The notes beneath the pieces were generated by a model, which worked only from the letters and a program-made list of their open reading frames with translations, searched no databases and was not told the DNA's origin. A stretch of DNA of 64,000 bases from Entomortierella parvispora E1425 (taxonomy: Eukaryota > Fungi > Mortierellomycota): positions 1,984,001 through 2,048,000 of the forward strand of contig BQFW01000008.1 in NCBI GenBank assembly GCA_020891255.1, in the 5' to 3' direction. Position 1 is the stretch's first letter. Each line of letters opens with the position of its first letter. The translations under genes were made by a program, and so were the position numbers. Positions 11,137-24,509 of this stretch are shown in pieces.

Positions 11137-13760
11137 CTAGTAGTTGACCCAGAAATCCAGAGGCAAAAGGGATCTCATGGCGTGCCAATGGTCCTCGGCA
11201 CCCATGCGCTGCATAGAGTTGAGGGTATTGTTTCGATCCAAGATGAGCTCGCCTAAAGTTGGGTCGTATGGAGTGGAAAGGGCCCAATCCTGAAAGCTGG
11301 ACAAGATCCAGTCACGCATGACACTTGGGCGGAGAGCGTGGTCCAAATGTCCCCTCTCCTTCCACTCTTGCATCTCTTCGTTAGAGGTGGGCATTTTTGG
11401 AGGCTCGTACTCTTCGAATTCGATTGGGAACTGGGCGGCAAAGAACACAATGTTCTGATAAGCCTCTGGATCGTCAGGACTTTCCTTGAATGCGACAACA
11501 TGAGGAAAGGCAGCTTGCAAAGTTCTACGGACGGAATTAAGCGCCTCTGCCTTCTTTGGGTGTTCTGATCCAACCATGTTCTATGCGCCAAAAAAAAAAA
11601 AAAAAAAAAAAGACAATCATAAGTACACAATCACGGATAACCTCGTTCAAGATGAACCACTTGAGAAATCTCTTTACCAAGGCCAAGACACCATCTGGTT
11701 TCATAATCCTTTGGATATCATGAAGGGCTTCCAGCGAGAACAGCGATGGGGGGACACCACCTCCAGTGAAAACATCGTGAATCACATAGTCGTACTTGTT
11801 CTCAGCAGCACTTTGGATATACTGGCGTCCATCCTGAATAAAGAGCTGGTGTGGTGTTGGCCAGTCAAAGTACATGGATGCGTAATCGGCCACGACTGGG
11901 TCAATTTCAACCACATCCACCAGTACACCCTGCTGAATCAACGATCCTGATGCGATTCCTACTCCTAGGCCGCTGATTGAATAAAGGAAGAAACGAATTA
12001 TAAATATAAGTCAATCTCCTTTGATGTCATAATCTTCGTCTGTAGTAACATATCATACATCTGGAGAGCGGTCTCCTGGTGACCCTTCACTCGATTCTTG
12101 ATCAAGCGTACAGCTATAGAGGGCGAGAAGACATCAAAAACAATCAGACCTAGTTTCCTCTTTATCCTCAAAAATGCGGTAAGTCAAAGAGTCTTACCTT
12201 CTGGAATGTAAAAGGTGCCAAAAATCGAGTCACCCGTCTCTGCATACATGCCTCCGATCAAAGAGTGACCAGCGCGCATAATACGGATATGAAGGTTGTT
12301 CCTGGGTGTGTGCTCGTCCACAACACTGACCCATCCTGTCACGCTCTCATTCCTAGCCAAGATGGTGTAGTTGCTAGTAATTGGATTGTGCGCCTAGAGT
12401 AGTTTTCCACCACCAATTCAAGAACAAGTTAATGGCCTATCCTTATGCCCCCGTTATTCTTTGAGCAGAGATGAGGCTATACCTTGGTAACGCCAGTCTG
12501 GCACTGAGGGTTGCGAGTGGCTGTATGGGCTGACAGAGCGAGGACCAGCACGAGTGGAATAAAGCTGACCACAAGGGACGCTTGACGCGTTGCTGATCGG
12601 ACCTTCTTCTTTTGGTTCAATCTCTCGTCTGGAAGGGCAACCTCGCCATGGATGGCAGTGAGCACTAGATATGAAGGGCGAAAAAAAGTCAAAACAATCA
12701 GGATCAAATTAATGAATATTCTTTTGAAATTGTTGAGCCCTGTAATTAAAACAGAGGAACAAGGTTGAAGCTTCCTACATTTGTGGAGTCCAGATATGAC
12801 AGCCACCAGAATGGCAGAGGTGTAGACGCGGGGACAATTCTGGCCTTGGGGCGCCATCTGGAAGACCACCAGGGTCAGTCCCAGGATCGCGCCCACTTGG
12901 ATCAATACGCAGCTCATCCAAGTTCTGACATGAACATTCTCATAAGATCGCAGTACACAAGCCAAAGTGTTTGCGAATCCCAAGAGGGCCAAGACTGGAT
13001 ACGCCAAAGCCAGCTGCGTCAGATGAGGCCCTCTCCACGGTCCAAACTCTTCACTCTGCCTGAACAAGACTGGGATGGTCAAGAAAGAGCCGGCCAGGAT
13101 TAAGGCACACAGGTCCAGACTGATGATAATGCCCTTTCGAAGTCCAGCATCCTTTCGAAGCCCAGCCTGCTTTGCTGAAACTGAGCTGCTCGCATTCGAC
13201 GAGCTATCGGTGTTGGTTGCGGTTGCTGCTTTTGTTAAATCGGCTTTTGATGATGATGGCGAGATAATGACGGTGTAGATCATGGCCAGCACGACGCCGA
13301 CACCAGCAGAAAACAACGCGTATTCCAAGAAGAGATCCTCGATAAAGATGCTACCGTAGATGGGCTCCATCATGCTGGGGGCTACGCGGAGGGTCATTCC
13401 TGCGACAAGGGGCGTGATGATTATCAATGACGCACGGGTCACTGTCAACAACAATTCGAGAAGCATAGCCTGTGAGTGCTTTGGTTTACTACTACTGACG
13501 GAGCTCTTGGATACTGATGATGAGCGTCTCATCCCATTGCTTCCAGAGGTAGTGGCATGCTGTGCGTCCTGTGTTCGGTTGGTACTGCCATTCTTGCCAG
13601 AAAGTGACAAGGAGGCAGACGAGGACGATGCAGACGCGGCGGCAGACTCGGGCAACAAGCTCGAGGTTGAGCCGTTCAAGTTTGAAGTAACGGTGTTGCT
13701 GTTGTTGTTCCTGTTACTGCTGCCACCTGCGGCATTGTTGCGTTTCCGTTGCTTGATCAT
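11137..13760 (-). CDS. Multi-TM protein fused to a spermidine-synthase-like class I SAM-binding domain; spliced
   Basis: ATG 13760 (MIKQRKR), several hydrophobic helices. Spliced C-terminal domain ALQIGLGVGIA…VDVVEIDPVV…DGRQYI…YDYVIHDVFTGG. Stop at 11137. Confidence 0.8.
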
Positions 13761-13956
13761 GATTCGATGCTGCCTCTCCAGGGATGAAAGGCGGATGGAG
13801 AGATGAAGAGCAGGAGCAGGAATAAGAAGAGGAACATCTCGCCCCTTCTCCAAACGGTCGGGGTAGTCACGTGCAGCATTCACTCCCAAAGTCTCACCTA
13901 CATTCATCCATGTCGCGTCTTTCCTTTTTGTTTCCTCACTCCAACCACATTCATCC

Positions 13957-16019
13957 ATGGGAGTTCCTCATGCTGCTGGAAGGAATGCGACCCATTTGAC
14001 CAGGCTCACCTCGATTCGTACATCAAACACCGCTGGTGCAGCACATTCTACTGACCCAAGAGAAAGTGGCGATCTGAGCGTGGTGTCACCGATAGCTAGC
14101 TCTCAGAATGGTCCACTTGAACCAGAAACATCCGCCTCCAAACCTATTACACCAGGGCAGATCGACCATCCTGGGACTCACCCTCTGCTACAATCTCAAG
14201 TATACTCCATTCTCAAAGGAGATCAGCGGCATTGCAGGAACCAGGCAGCTCAGCAGGAAAAATGGAACATTTACTCAGATACACCTCAAGTGGCATCCCG
14301 CAGTTCAACAAAAGCTTTCCTTGATGATCCACGGCAAGAGAAAAAGGCGAAACATGTCAGGAGTCATCCGAATGCACAAACATCCATGGACAATAATGGC
14401 GGCGCTGACACAGGCTCTCTACCCATAATCCCGGTCAGGGTTTCTGTCGATAGCCTGAGCCCTGATCAAGCGAGAGTTAACATGAAAGTAGACTCAATTA
14501 GCGAAGCACCAATAGACCGCAGCATACCCTTTGAAGATCCAGGACTTTGTCATGTGCGGGATATTTTCTTTTGCTACGCCTTTGTTGCAAGATTTTTTGG
14601 TACCATCAGACAAGCCTGTGTTGGTATGCCCCTGGAAATGTACAGGTTCGAGGTAAGGAAGAAAGGGCAATGGCAAGGATATTAAGGCGGTGCGCGAGAT
14701 GGGACTAAGCGTGGTATATAACCCCTCTTCATTGCTAATATATATATATAGGTGCTCAAGACAGCTTTGTTGTCCCGAAGGAGAATGAGAATGCTGGACA
14801 GCATTAACTGTGCCATCATCAACCTTATTGTAGCAGACGACCCCAAAGGTGGCAATGTCAAGTATGGAACAACTTGACCAACATACGACCATGACTGAAA
14901 GTCGAGGCATGCAAGGCTAGCTCACAATCAATCTTTTAATCTTCTCAACCCGCAACCAGCTTTTCCACTTTTACCAAATATCTCGAGCGCATGCAACTGG
15001 ATCTCCGCTCGACAGACCCCAATGCACTGGACTATGAAAACCCTTTCTTGCGAACAGACAACTACTACGACATTCCACCACTGACTAGAGTTAAGCTCCT
15101 GGCAACACTAGTGGAGCAGGCTTTGGAAAGGTCATCATACATCAAAGAGCAAATCGAGACCTGGTACGCAGAAAACGAAGGGAGCCGGATCCGTGAGGAG
15201 CCCTTTGGATACGATCGCTATGGGCGAGCCTATTGGGTATTTGACAGTAAGAGCGCCAGCCAAAAAAAAAAAAAAAAAAAAAAATAGATGAACGTGTTCG
15301 GTAGACGACAGCGCTAATTGTTTCCAAATTTTTAGAGCGATCCATGATGATTTTCAGGGAGACAAAGTACACCGACGCCTGGGAGTGTATTTCAAAATCG
15401 CTGAGGGATGTAAGACGCTTGGTGTCATATTTTACAAAAACAAACAACGTCATGGAGGAGTCTCTGCGACAAAGGCTAATAGAAGAAGTCATCCGACCAG
15501 AGAAGAAACTTATCATCATGGCCAAAAAGGTACAAGGACACTTTTTTATGGAACCTCCTCTCCATTCACACCTTTCCTAACGACTATTCATTTTGACGCC
15601 GATAGGCTCAGGCCCACAAAATCAAGGCCGCTCAGGCTCAGGACAAAGAGAATGCGGAAAAGATCGAAGCCATGAAAATCTCACGGAATCGCCCAGGGGA
15701 TGCGATAGAAACTCGGGAGAGCGACAGCCTGAGTGATATTCTGGACAGTGACTATGATGACCCCAGCATTGAAGAGAAGGCATTAAGTCCCTCACCCGAC
15801 AACCCTTCTACTCTCCCTGGTGATCTCATCGATGCAGGGGGAATAGAACAGTGGATCGACAATGATAGGAATATCATGGATGCGTTTGGGAACAGGTATA
15901 AAGCAGAGTATTTGAATTATTGCTTTGACGGCTGGTTAGATGCCGTAGTTATTCCTACACGAAGTGCCAAGGCAGCTGTGCGGTTAACCAAGGCTAGTGA
16001 TTTCTTGGACTTCCAGTGA
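13957..16019 (+). CDS. DDT/WHIM-type chromatin-remodelling accessory protein (RSF1/CECR2/Ioc3-like); about 6 exons
   Basis: DDT-like segment (DIFFCYAFVARFF), WHIM1-like NPF…YYDIPPLTRVKLLATLVE, WSD-like EPFGYDRYGRAYWVFD and WECIS. Introns include 14653-14751. Confidence 0.65.
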
Positions 16020-16096
16020 AAATGAACTTCATATTTTTTGTGTTATACTATAATGTCCCTATAAAATCTGTAATTTGACCCGCCTTGTGAACAAGC

Positions 16097-18869
16097 CTAT
16101 ATTGCTTCTGCTATGAACGACTCTGAGATTGGGGCTCTCAATATAGCCAGCGACGACTTGTCAAAAAACTCAACCGTGTAGTCACCGTCACTTCCTTTAC
16201 TAGCAGTGCCGTCATCCGAGGAAGAGAATCTGCCGTCCAAATAGTAATCGTCCCCTGTGATCTCCAGTGGTTTGAGCTCCAAGTAGGAGCCTGAAGCGAC
16301 TTCTCTGGATAGTTCCGACGCCGTGTCAGATAATGCATCAGTTCCTGGACCAGATATGAAATCCAGAGCAGAAATGGACGATGTTACGGATTCTATATCA
16401 TCTAAGACTGCGAGCTCTTCCGACGTTGCCGATGCCGCCGCCGCCGCCGCTGCCAAGGCGGCCTTTTTCTCTCGGGCTGCTTGCTTGAGTTCATAGCGAT
16501 ACCTCCGACAAGGCTCCTGTTGCGTGATGGCAGAAATGGATCCGAGAACGTCAACAGCTGGCATGAATCCGAGCTGTGGCTGGTACCATGCGTCCTTGAC
16601 CATATCTTTCGTCGAGTAGGTAATTGTTCCTCGCCGGAAGGCTAACCACCGCTTGGCCATGTGTCTCCATTTCTTTTGAAAATGGTTTAATTGCATATGG
16701 TTAGACAGCAACACTTCACTTTCCTTTCATACTTCTTGTTCATCTGTCCATTGGTACTAACGTTACCTGACTAAACATAAGCTCCGCGTTCTTCTCGCTA
16801 GCTTGCATCTGGGCAACTACGTATGGCCGACGCAGGGTTGAGTAGGTGTGGAAGGCCTTGGAAAATGAGCGGCCATCCAAATCCGTGAGATCGTAGATGC
16901 AATTGGCAAGCACCACGCAATCTTGCATTGCATTAACCGCACCTGAAAGTAAAGGTAGAGTGAGGGCGAAAGTTAGAAGTGGTTTATTAATAGCACAGCA
17001 TGTTTGGTGAACGAGAACCAACCTTGACCGGCACTAGGCAACATCTGTGTTCACATGGCATGGAGATAAGTGAGTGTGATATTGAGAACATGATCGAACG
17101 GAGGAATAAAATGGATTGCATAAGACACATGCTTCTCAACTTTTGACTTTACCTTGTGGGCGGCTATTAGGTCATGAAAGGAGTGTGATAATATGACAAT
17201 AGTTAGTTTTGAGCTCGTTATTGTTTTACATCTAAGGGAACTCATCCGATCCTTCCCTCCACTCATCTAGCACATACCATCACCAATCAAGACGACTTTG
17301 CCGTGGTGCCAGGTCCTAAACAACTTCTCTTCAAGGTAGACTTTTGAGATGCTCTCCCTTGGTGTATAATCAATCAGAGTCCCGATAGTCGGTCCATACG
17401 ATGTCTTGAAATCTCGTACTTCTTCTATCATCTCCTCGATGGAATCTGTCTCCCAGCCTCCACCCGCCTTTTGATATTGGTCTTGCCTGTCTGTATAGTC
17501 AGAGAGTTCAATTTGCTTTTGGACACTCCAACAGATCCTTCCATTAGGAACTGTCAACGTACTCCACTTTTTTTTAAACAGAAAAGAAAAAGAACACGGT
17601 CACGATATGAGTGATTTGCAAGGATGATAGTGTCTTTCCTCTCACAATCAGTACACTTACAGAGAACGCCTTTCCTTTGCCAATGGTTTGATAAAAGTAG
17701 CAAAAGTGCTCATTCACATTTTTAAAATCGTCTGCTGGCAACCGTGTGGTTGTACCCACCAAGGTCAAGTACGGGTTCTTGAATCCCGAACGATCCTGGA
17801 ACGGCAACCGACCCAATTTTGTTAGATTATCAAAGACTAATTGACGAACCGTAGAATAAGCACCATCTAGAGAATTCGAACAAGAAGGATATAAAGCAAC
17901 ATCGGGAAATGGCGTGAGAAAAGATGGCTAGTGATATGGACCCTGCGAGAAACCTCAGAGTGCACTTTACCTGCTCCCACTACAAAATGGCAGACGTATT
18001 CAGTCCGATCCAAGCATTTGACCTTGACTGTGGGTGAAGAGGCTGTCGTTTTTGGAGACTTGTACATTTCGTTGATGTCGATCACTTGCTTTCCGTACTG
18101 GACTCTGCCAGGCCGCAAGAGTGAAAGGAGAATCTGCGATAGCTCTGGTCGAGGTAATACTAGGTGATTATAGCCAACCCTTCATATAGGAACAAGATTA
18201 GGGGCAACGTAAAAATCCAATTGCTAATAACAATCGGGAGAGAAGACCATGCAATACAAATTGCATCGTTTTTCATTTCTCAGATTTGGGCAAAATGGTC
18301 CAGATTAGGAGCCTCAGAGTGTTTTTTTTTTCTATTGAAGGATCCAGGCCCTCTCTGCGCCCACATTTTGCCTCTAACTTCCCCTGTCCTCACTGGAATG
18401 GTCTAGCCTCTTACTTACTTGATTCGAAAGTCCTTGACTCGAAGTTCACATTCTCCACCGACGCGTTCATCGACAAAGTGTGTGCAGTGGACAGGGTATG
18501 AGCGCGTGGGTTTCCGTAGTTCCTCATAGATTCCCAATTGACTAAATACTGGCAATATCCCAGCATTGAGACTCATCACGCCGCCTGAACAAGAGGCGAT
18601 TATAAGGAGCGCGTCAGTCACAACCACCACCACCACCACCAAACAAACAATAAAAAAATTAGACGAGTGTAAAGTTCACCTGTGGGCTTGGGTCCGTTGT
18701 GCCGTTCCAGAATCACAAAGTCGATATTCATCCGCTCCAGCAGTGCTCCAAGGAAGAGTCCACCCATGCCGGCCCCAACCACAACTATTCGTAGAGCACC
18801 CAGATCCGCCCATTGTGCCGGCCGTGGCTTGGCTGGTCCAGACGAGGGTGGGGATTGTGCGGAGGCCAT
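16097..18869 (-). CDS. FAD-dependent monooxygenase (salicylate hydroxylase/zeaxanthin epoxidase-like class A); many exons
   Basis: IVVVGAGMGGL FAD motif, VVGADGAYSTVR, spliced VLIGDAAHKMLPSAGQGAVNAMQD, and YQPQLGFMP tail. ATG 18869, stop 16097. Confidence 0.88.
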
Positions 18870-19728
18870 AGATTATTTGAGCTGCCTTTTTTTTTTTTTT
18901 TTTTTTTGAGAAATTTTGACCGCGGTGGACCAGTGCACAAAATTTGGGAAGGAAGGGCTTGTGAATGAGCAAAGAATGAAAGAGATGGAGAGAAGGATGG
19001 AATGAGAAAAAAAGATGTTACTCATCTCCACGTTTTTCTCCTGCCGCCCCCGCGCCCTGCATGTTTTTCTATGGCTCTATTCAATCATACCCTTCGCCTT
19101 CTTTTTTCGATATCAACGGGCCCCGCCTGTCGGCGTACATGGCTCTTATGTCTCCCACGTCTGCCCATCGTCCGCAACACAAGGCGCACAAAGTAAAAAA
19201 GAACAAAGAGAAATAATCCAGGGGAAGAAACGTGTGAGCAATTGCTTGTTTTTTTTTTCTTTTTCTTTTGTCCATCCATGCTTAGCACGCACATGGGCGA
19301 CAATCGTGGCTCAAAAAAAATGGGAGTACGGTAACTTCAAGTGAAAAAAGAGCGCAAACAATCGGAGCAAGAACACCATTCTGGCGTGAAACGTTGCAGC
19401 CTGGGCTCTTCTGTCCACAGAATACAACAGATTGAACGACAGCGACGGATGCATGCTTGCCGTCCTCCCTCCCCAACGGTTCGAGTACAGACAACAGAAC
19501 ATGCATCCACTTCACCCAAACTCGGCACTAGCTCCATGCAGAGTTGGCTAGCAGATGAGATCGTCTGTCCTCGAATGGTGGTGAGGGTGAGGACAAGGCA
19601 AGGAGACTCGTGCCATCATTCCTACAAGGTAAAGAGGCGTTTTACCCATGAGCATGACCCTGAACGTTAACCAAATTTCTGTGATCATAAGTTTTCATTA
19701 GGTGGCGCTATTATAACATTAGGTGAGT

Positions 19729-22700
19729 CTAGTGGTGCAGAGTGCCTGCTCGTTTTCTCGTTCTAAACGAAAATATACCCAGAGATGGAGGTGGTGATGA
19801 CGACAACGACGACGATTTGGGTGAAGCACTGTAAGCACCTTGGTTTCGATCTGGGGAAACAGTGGTAACTGGAGACGATGGAGGCGAAAGACCTTCAGCA
19901 GAAGGGTCTGGTGTGTCCATTCGGGTGGATGGGAGAGATGGAGGGGGTCCTGTGCGTTGAGGAGACGGCAGAGCCGAAGCTGAAATCGATAAGGGTGATT
20001 CTGTCAAAGGATTCGAGCTCAGTGGGGATACCTGCTGCAAGGTCAAAGACAGGGAAGATTTGGATGAGGAAGAAGACGACAGTGGCAACGACGAGGTCAT
20101 GAAGGATCGCATCGATGATTTCTTGGAGGGTTGTGAGCGAGGGCGATCAATCATTACTGGAGTGGAATCGATTGTTTGGCGCCATTCTGCTGTATCGCTC
20201 AAGGCGGTGTTGCTTGACCGACGTGGCAGCAGGGCAGGTGGAGATGGATCGTCTTGTTGATCGTCCTGTTTGGTCAGCCTATTGTACCCCTCACCGTCTT
20301 CTGCTACCTGCGTGTGACAGGTTGCTTTGGATGGATCTTCGGCTTCACAATCCTGATCTGCCTCAGGGTTGGAAAGCAATTGAGACTGTGCCTGCTCCTG
20401 CGTCTCAGACTGTCGCTGGTGCTGTTGTTGCAACTTGATTCTCCGTCTCTCCTGTTCGATTGCCTCTTTCCTATCCATCTCTGCCGCGGCTAGAGTTGTC
20501 ATCTTTTCCAGGCTGTCGCGTCTCAGTCGGATGCGAAATGCTTTTTCCAACAACCGCTCCGGCCCCAAGATATCCAGCGGTACATGCAACAGAAACTCCA
20601 TCACATCTGCTGGGCCAGTCGGCTCGATTGCAACAGCTTCCCTGCTTTCCTTGTGTGGTCTTCCTATTCCTGAGCTGGATCCCATCCTGTTATCTCCGTA
20701 ACCTCGTTCGTGGTTATGATCACTTCCAGAGAAGAATGCCCTTGTGCCATTGTCGCCATGAGAAGGATCATTGCCGCCCCTGTGTGGTGACAGCAGATGT
20801 GGCCGACAAATTTGTAAAACTCCGAGACCGACTCGGAACAAAGTCTTGATACCATCAAAGTAAAACACGTCCCACACCCTGAGCACCGACGCCCAGGGCA
20901 GGGACATGGTGAAGAGGGTCAAATACCATTGGGTCATATACATTAGAGGTCCCACGTCATTCCTCTCCAGGAACGTTGCCAACTTTGGATCCTGCACCTT
21001 GAGAAGCCTCTCAAACACGATCGCATCAACTCGAAGCTGTCTCAACGTAGGAGTGTAGTAGTCCTGGAGATAAGGACTCTCAATTGTGGCCACCAGTAGC
21101 CAAAAGGCTTCCTCGACAGGCATTTGCATCAACATCATCCCAACAAGTCGACCCATGCCCTGACAGTACCCTACGCTGGGTTTGTAGTGTGCGTACGCTT
21201 TCAGAATAGCATGGAGATCTTCCTGCCCTGTACCACCCATCCCATCTCGAAAATGAACGTGATCGGGGTAGCAACGATGTATGTCCCTCGCAATTACATC
21301 ATGGATTGGAAGATGACCACGAAGCAAGAGTTTTTGAAATAGTCCTGGCTCCCGATACTTTTCCGTGTTGGCGAGAAACTGCCATACGCGACCCCTGATC
21401 GAGTTTGGGATTCCTGTTCGAACGAGCTTCTTGTACTTGAACGGCGTAAATGTAATCGTTAACGGGAAGAGCATTTGAATCGGTTAGCAAGTGCGTTGAT
21501 TTCTATGCAAGCTTGATGTTATCAAGCGTTTGTTCTCACCTTTGTCGACTTTTTGATCTGGTCCGGTTGCATGTGCGTCATAGCATAGATCCATTTCTGC
21601 TCGTTCATTTGAACACATTCGCGCCGCTTCTTTAGAACTCGCTCGCGCTCCTGTTCTGCAATTGACGAGATTGAATCCGTAATCAAGTCTGAATTTGTTG
21701 TCGTGACAACTTGATGCCGTCGCTGGTTCTTCTCTGACCCTCCTTTGTCAACTCCATGACGGCCCATGTCAGGTCTTGAACATGTGTCGTAGATAAATCC
21801 GTAATCGTTCACGTAGACGATTGATTGTTTCCCCCCTGCTCTCTTTTTGGACTTCTTTGATACATCCTGCACTTCGCCCATGTCAGGTAGGACATTTTCT
21901 GCTCGCGGACCGTCTTCTTTTGTATGAGCACAATCGTTTCCTGCCTCTGTATCGCCCAGAGCCGCTTCTGCACCACCATCTTCAGAGTCACTCACATAGT
22001 CCTCCCCTCCATCGTCTTCCTCGCTTTCAAGTTGCCCTTGTGCTTCAATACGCTTGTATCCTGCAATATCGTGGTCGCCTTCAACAAAGACGACACTCCT
22101 CGGTCGATTATTGTACGCCCCCGGCATTTTCCATTGAGGCACATGTTCCAGTTTCTTCAGTGTATCCATTTCTGTACTCAGTTCTTCTCCGTCCACAGAA
22201 TGCACAGAGCGCTGTTGTTGATGGTTATGACGCTTTGCTCCAAACCAATGCCCCGCCAATTTAGATCGATGATTTTTATCCTGTGTGACCGACTGTTGAG
22301 GTGAAGCGGGCATAGGTGAGATCAACCCATCCCTTTCTTTAACGGACGTCGGAGCAGAGACTGGGGCCGACGGGGCACCTCCGAATCCAGATCGAAACGA
22401 AAATATGGACATTGCCTCACTCGTTCGTCGTCGATGAGTTGGTTTTGATTTCAGCTTTGCATCCTCCTGTCTACCCTCGTCTGCAACATCGTCCTCTTTG
22501 GACAAGGGCGTGCTATCTTTTTCAGTTAATGACTGCGGTGAGGGCAAAGTGGGTGCTTGTGGGACATGGGCAAGTGATAGTTGGTGAGAGATCCCTGATA
22601 AGATCCGCTGGTCAGAAGGGTGTGCTGGTCCTGAGTTGGACCTCTGATGTCCTCCACCCCAGCCGGCCGCGGATACGCGAGACCATGGCCGTAGCTTGTC

Positions 22701-24509
22701 CAGTCGTCCTGCGAATGAAGAGGAAGGGGAGGGCGGTGGTGGCGGCGTCGTTATAGCAAGTCGGCCGTCGGCGGGTGTGGACGGAGCTGCGATCGTCGCT
22801 GTAGAAACCTGAAGTCGCGGGATTCGTGGAACAGGTGGTAACGGGGCTGGAGTCGGTTTAGGAATGGTAGAGTCCAAAGATAAGAACGCGCGGCACGTCT
22901 CTTTTACAGATCGACTACGAGGGCGACCAAATAGACCCTTTGCTCCCTCCTTCGTCTCCTTGCGCTCCTTGTGAGTAGAATCACTGCCCTCCCTGCCACT
23001 GTTGCCCTCGATAGATGACACTGCCATGGTTGCAGACGCAGCTGGAGAGGCGGGGAACATACGGATGACCTTCATATCGGCAGGCTTGCTGGTCTCCCTG
23101 TCAGCGTATAAACCTGCATCAGGAGCAATAGAAAACAAACCAGTCTTTCGAAGCGCCTGATGGGTCTTGGCCTTAAGATCGTCAAAAACTGTGGTCAAGG
23201 TACGATCTTGGTGAGAGTGGTGACTGTCGCTTAGTGTTGGGGAGATCCTTCCAGCAGTGTCGTCTCGTGGACCTTCCTTCTTCTTTTGGCTGAAAGTGAG
23301 TTCCTGATGTTCTGTCAGTGAGGCAAAGGTCACTGACGACGAGGTTGACGAGGAAAACGAGGAGCATGTTGGTCGTTTTTGACGGGATCCCAAGCTCCCC
23401 AACGCTGACTCACAATAGTGCACTGACTGAATATCCACAGGCGTCTCGGCAGTCGCACTCTGTTCTTCCATCGGTGCCTCTGTAGCTGGTGTGTTGTGTA
23501 AGGGAGCCGTCGCCTCCAGTTGTTCCGTTCGTAGTCCAATGAGCACTGATTGAGACGGCTCAGACAGCACCCGTGGAAGAGCAGTGTAAGGAGCAGGAGA
23601 ATCGGGCCTAGATGCTGCCAAAGAATTGCTCGAGGCCGACGGTGTAGAGAGCTGATAGCCATTCGTTGGCTGGTGTGGATAAGACTGAGAGGGGATACTT
23701 ATCCGCGGCTGTTGATGATCGTGTTGGTTGAAGATGTGGGATTGGAAAACATGCGAGGTGATCCCAAGCAGGTTTGTTGTAATTGTTGCCGAGGACGTGT
23801 TGCTGATATCTGCTACGAACTGTACCGACGATTGGTTCGGTAGAGAGAGCAGACCTGTTGAGTACAGCGATTTGTGCTGTGCAGAATCAGGCGTCGGAGT
23901 CAATGGTGTTAATGCTGTGCTATCGTCAGATGATATTGCCTCGGGGGAGCTGTTAACGGACTGCATCAAGGTAGGCTGAGACGGCGTAATGAGACTCGCC
24001 ACGTCAGTGAAAAGTACCGTAGAGCTCGATGTCGAACGGATGCTGCTGGTGGAGTTGCTGTCTTTGTTCTTTCTGTTTTTGTTTTTGTTGTTTTTGTTGT
24101 TGTCATTTGCTGCAAACAAACCGCCCCTGGCGGACTTTCTCAGGCTTTGATCACTCTTGAGTCTCCTTGGTCTCTCTGCGGTGGTGTCCGTCTGTGAACG
24201 ATCCTTCCCCACCGTTCCTCGGACACAGGCTTTCTCCAAGTTTGCCGGGCCAAGGGACGAGGCTAAGCTATACTCTACCAAGGCTGAAATGGTTGGTGTT
24301 TTTAAAGGTGTAGACGCTGTCGGCGACTGTGACAAGGGCATTGAGTTCCCATCTGCCCTACTGTCATGCGGACTCCCCCCCTCAAGATCGATAGAACTCC
24401 CGTTCAGAGCTCGCTCAGCAGTTGCACCAAGGGGAAAGTAAAAAGGCGCTCCATGCCCCCCATGTTTGGCCCTTTGTTGATCCTGCGGCCCTCGATCTTG
24501 GTGTTCCAT
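19729..24509 (-). CDS. TBC-domain Rab GTPase-activating protein (TBC1D10/EPI64-like) with long disordered N-terminus, about 1558 aa. Exons 24509-21540 and 21435-19729
   Basis: One intron (21436-21539) joins two ORFs in frame. TBC motifs GIPNSIRGRVW, IARDIHRCYP (catalytic R), YCQGMG (catalytic Q) and LRVWDVFY. Confidence 0.9.
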
